64,000 nt of DNA from Macrostomum lignano (Eukaryota), in NCBI GenBank assembly GCA_002269645.1, contig NIVC01000127.1, positions 434,001-498,000 on the forward strand, in the 5' to 3' direction. Each line of letters begins with the position of its first letter. Position 1 is the first letter of the stretch. The notes under the pieces are model-generated. The model ran no database searches, was not told where the DNA came from, and saw only the letters and a list, made by a program, of their open reading frames with translations. Shown piece after piece: positions 60,065-64,000 of the stretch. A program made the position numbers and the translations under genes.

Positions 60065-60160
60065 CATGCTGCTCACACAGGGTGTACAGCGGCTCTGACT
60101 TTCGAATCGTCAGGCATGTACAGTCTCTGAGGGCCTTGTGGGTTGGCCAACTTCGAGATG
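60065..60160 (-). mobile_element. SINE body fragment
   Basis: Reverse strand CAAGGCCCTCAGAGACTGTACATGCCTGACGATTCGAAAGTCAGAGCCGCTGTACACCCTGTGTGAGC matches the 23.3 kb copy. Confidence 0.6.
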
Positions 60161-60263
60161 ACAAGTCGACGGCCTTCTGCTGTATACAGTATCTCGTCTA
60201 GTAGTCCTTAGTCAAGCCTCATTTATGAGGTATTAAGATTTAAAGGATCACAAATTTACTCAC

Positions 60264-60428
60264 GAATTTTATCCCTGTTCATCTCTTTCACGAGTGAAGG
60301 CTCCACCAGTTTGTACCAAACCACTGTGGGCTCCGGCCTGCCGCCTGCCAGGCACTCCAGGACGCTGCTGTCTCCCTCTATCAGCGTCATCTGCTGGTCC
60401 GTCTGCCTGCCTTTGATGTACGGCGGCA
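60264..60428 (-). CDS. IgLON/Lachesin-like protein, Ig domain 2 first half
   Basis: VPPYI...LIEGDSSVLECLAGGRPEPTVVWYK. Acceptor atattccag|TG, donor C|gtgagt, phase 1-1. Confidence 0.9.
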
Positions 60429-60439
60429 CTGGAATATGG

Positions 60440-60725
60440 CGTGTCAGGGGCGGGTGTGGTCTGTGTGGGTGTCAGGGGCGAATGTGGTCTGTGTGGGTGT
60501 CAGGGGCGGGTGTGGTCTGTGTGGGTGTCAGGGGCGGGTGTGGTCTGTGTGGGTGTCAGGGGCGGGTGTGGTCTGTGTGGGTGTCAGGGGCGGGTGCGAT
60601 CTGTGTGGGTGTCAGGGTGGGTGTGGTCTGTGTGGGTGTCAGGGTGGGTGTGGTCTGTGTGGGTGTCAGGGGCGGGTGCGATCTGTGTGGGTGTCAGGGG
60701 CGGGTGTGGCCTGTGTGGGTGTCTA
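60440..60725. repeat. 28-bp minisatellite (GTCAGGGGCGGGTGTGGTCTGTGTGGGT)n abutting the acceptor at 60429
   Basis: About 10 units. Confidence 0.93.
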
Positions 60726-61689
60726 TGATAGTTCAAACTAAAATTTTCTGTGTCAATAAAACGTACCGATTTCTGCTCATAGCAAGGGTCCGAACTCTCC
60801 GTCAACATGACGCATCAGGAATCATCATTGGGAATAAATGGGAATCATCTCCCCATATGGCCCCGGATTTATCCCCTCTTCCTCCCACAGTATAAGCCCG
60901 AGCTGCTGCTCCTCGCTTTCCTCCCAGCGGCTGCAGAGGGGGGTTGAGTCGCAGCAATCACAGCTGGCACTGAGGGGATAAATAAAACGTCATTCTCCCT
61001 TCTGCGGGTCCTACCCCCCCCGCCATCCCAACCCACCAACTGCGTCCTCCCAGCGGGAGCGCGAAGCGATCTCTATGGGACCCTCCTTCATCGGAGCTCT
61101 GCTTTCCTAAAGCTCGGCCGAGTCCGCTAAAAAGAATGCAAATTTTTCTGGGCCGCGCTCGAACGAAAACTGAATTACGTCCCTGGGAAGAATTAAAGCC
61201 AACAGCAGCGAGATCGGCTAGCCATGGGGTGGGGGTCGGACTGCCCTCTCCCTCCCTGTCTAATACCTCTGCTTCAACAGGCAAAGAATAGGCTCCCAGG
61301 GACAGAGAGAGATGGACAGAGTGTGAAATAGTGAGCCAAGTCTCCGACCAGAAGGATAAATGCGCCCCTAATGAGGACAGCAGTGCTAGGAGGTCCGGTT
61401 ACCAGTTCTCTCACTCTCTCACTTCTCTTCTCTCAGTTGCACATTCGCTACTTTTAATTCTGGACTGCGCTTTGCTGAACTATCGAATTTTAATAATTAG
61501 TTGCTTTAATGCAAAACAAAATAATCTTTGATGCTATTTAACATGATGCGTTGGTTTGTTAGGCTTCAATTTTTTTTATAAATTTGCTTTTAGTTGTGGC
61601 TGACGAAGTGTATGCGCGACTTGTATGATCAAACTCAGTGGAGTGCTTGGGGGCAGTGAGGTGCTTGTGAGTGATGGTTGGGTATCTGG

Positions 61690-62130
61690 TGGAGTGAGGT
61701 GGGTGTATGGGGATTGAGATGGGCGTATGGGGAGTGAGGTGGGTGTTGGGGAGTGAGGTGGGTGCATGGGGAGTGAGTTGGGTGTATGGGGAGTGAGGTG
61801 GGTGTAGGGGGTGAGGTGGATGTATGGGGAGTGAGGTGGGTGTAGGGGGTGAGGTGGATGTATGGGGAGTGAGGTGGGTGTAGGGGAGTGAAGTGAGTGC
61901 ATGGGGAGTGAGGTGGGTGTATGGGAGTGAGGTGGGTGCATGGGGAGTGAGTTGGGTGTATGGGGAGTGAGGTGGGTGTAGGGGGTGAGGTTGGTGTAGG
62001 GGAGTGAGGTGAACGCATGAGGAATGAGGTGGGTGTAGGGGAATAAGGTGGGTGTAGGGGCGTGAGGTTGGTGTAGGGGAATGAGATGGGTGTAGAGGTG
62101 AGTTTGGTGTAGTCGAGTGAGGTGGGCGTA
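61690..62130. repeat. Degenerate 19-21-bp repeat (GGGGAGTGAGGTGGGTGTA)n
   Basis: About 22 diverged units. Confidence 0.9.
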
Positions 62131-62189
62131 GGTTGCGTGTCAATAAAATCCAATTCCGACCTCTGCGACGCGCACTAAAGCAGTCTTAC

Positions 62190-62400
62190 CAGTGACGAGC
62201 AGTGTGACATTTTTAACAAAGAACTTGTTGCCAAAGCTGGCAATGCATCTGTAGAGTCCCTCGTCCGAAGCTCTGATCTCTGAAATCTGCAAGTCGAACC
62301 GGTTACTCGCCTTTATACCGGTGGAAACTATTTTGAGCCTGCTGTCGTCCACAAACTGCTTGTTGAAGGTGAGGGTCTTCTTGTCCTTCTGCCAGATTAC
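62190..62400 (-). CDS. IgLON/Lachesin-like protein, Ig domain 1 second part (upstream exons not found in window)
   Basis: VIWQK...FDLQISEIRASDEGLYRCIA...VTLLV. Acceptor atttgcag|GTA, donor G|gtaaga (phase 1). Confidence 0.9.
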
Positions 62401-63084
62401 CTGCAAATCCAACAGGGCAAATCTTTAATTATGGGGAAGCAAAACTCTTTTCAGATATGTTGCAGGAAAAATTGGTGAGTTGGGAAACCCAAACTGCCTG
62501 GAACCCAGCTTCACCAACCAAACTGCAAAGCAAAGCCTCCTCTACTCTTCATCTCTCTCATCTTTTCTCCTTTGCCGTGGTCGCGTGGCAGCTGCTCCAG
62601 CAAACAGAATGCTAATGAGAGCATTAAAAACCTGGGGCCACCAAGACTCTGCGGCCGCCTTTTCCCCAAACTCCTCTTTCAGCCGATCTGCTGCTGCCCC
62701 ATTCTGTTCTGGTGGGCGCCATGTCTACTGTTGCACCTCTTCTAGAAGAAGTAGAACAACAGCAAGAACAAGGGAATTAAGAAGCAGTCTTAACCCCCCC
62801 CCCCCAGCAGAGCTGGAGTTGACAATGCATAATTCAAGACTAGAAGACTGGAGCCGCAGCCCAAGAAGACTTGAGACCACGCTGAGAAAAGCCAGTTGGC
62901 GGCCTGGTTGACGCGGTAAAATACTCTTTGCATTGCACACAATACACAGGTCAGAGCCTTTGTGAGCTTATTATTTGCTAATACCTAGTCATTAACATCT
63001 GCTGAAATAAAATGTTAATACAACTACTAGTAGTTTAATTCCCTTTACTCGTGAAATATCTTGACAGAGAGAAAAAAAAGAGAT

Positions 63085-63658
<574 letters not shown>

Positions 63659-64000
63659 CGGGTAGGTTGAATGCATATCGGGCGGAAAAGGATACGATGG
63701 GAGCTGGGAAAAGTTAGCGAAAGAAGACACAGGAGCAGCGGTGCTTCGGAGGGCACCGCTCGCGGTCACGGGGGCTGAGGCGGGATTGAGGAGTTCGTGC
63801 CGAAATATTTTGGCGTCGCCCCGGGTGAACTCGACTCAAACTGCCGCTCGACTTCAGAATAACTGGGCCAATGTAGCCACTGATTTCCCACCCTGACTTC
63901 GCTAATGCCACCTGGGCCAGTGGGAGAGCGGTGGGAGGGCAGCCAGTGGAGAAGCAGAGTCTCGAGTACTGAGTTTCGAGTTTCCACTAATGATTCCAAT

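Noticed and set aside
62725-62940. Hydrophobic ORF as signal-peptide exon of the Ig gene
   Set aside because: Ends in a stop with no usable donor, and the first Ig1 cysteine strand is absent; the real upstream exons probably lie beyond the window

Overview
Eukaryotic (metazoan) genomic DNA. The GC-rich exons and introns packed with unrelated minisatellites and (GACA)n suggest the flatworm Macrostomum lignano; this is an inference from sequence style only. The left half (1-31.6 kb) holds six consecutive minus-strand genes: an hnRNP F/H-like gene with four quasi-RRMs and an apparent 1-nt frameshift, AP5Z1, TM6SF1, a ceramide synthase, a MYND-finger gene and the 5' end of POLR1B. Each gene is separated from the next by a satellite plus about 0.7-0.9 kb of unique DNA, a candidate trans-spliced operon. 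The middle is an AT-rich region with MITEs and a SINE/hAT-MITE/LINE nest. The right half has a three-exon divergent DEG/ENaC channel (+) and the 3' part of a GPI-anchored three-Ig (IgLON/Lachesin-like) gene (-). A decayed DD34D mariner sits in the TM6SF1 intron and an internally deleted IR/DR Tc1-like element lies near 53 kb. Several minisatellites were visibly seeded from functional sequence: a splice donor, a start codon, a branch point and a LINE RT ORF. Exon boundaries were inferred by eye from GT/AG, phase continuity and recalled family motifs. Repeat boundaries and copy numbers are approximate.
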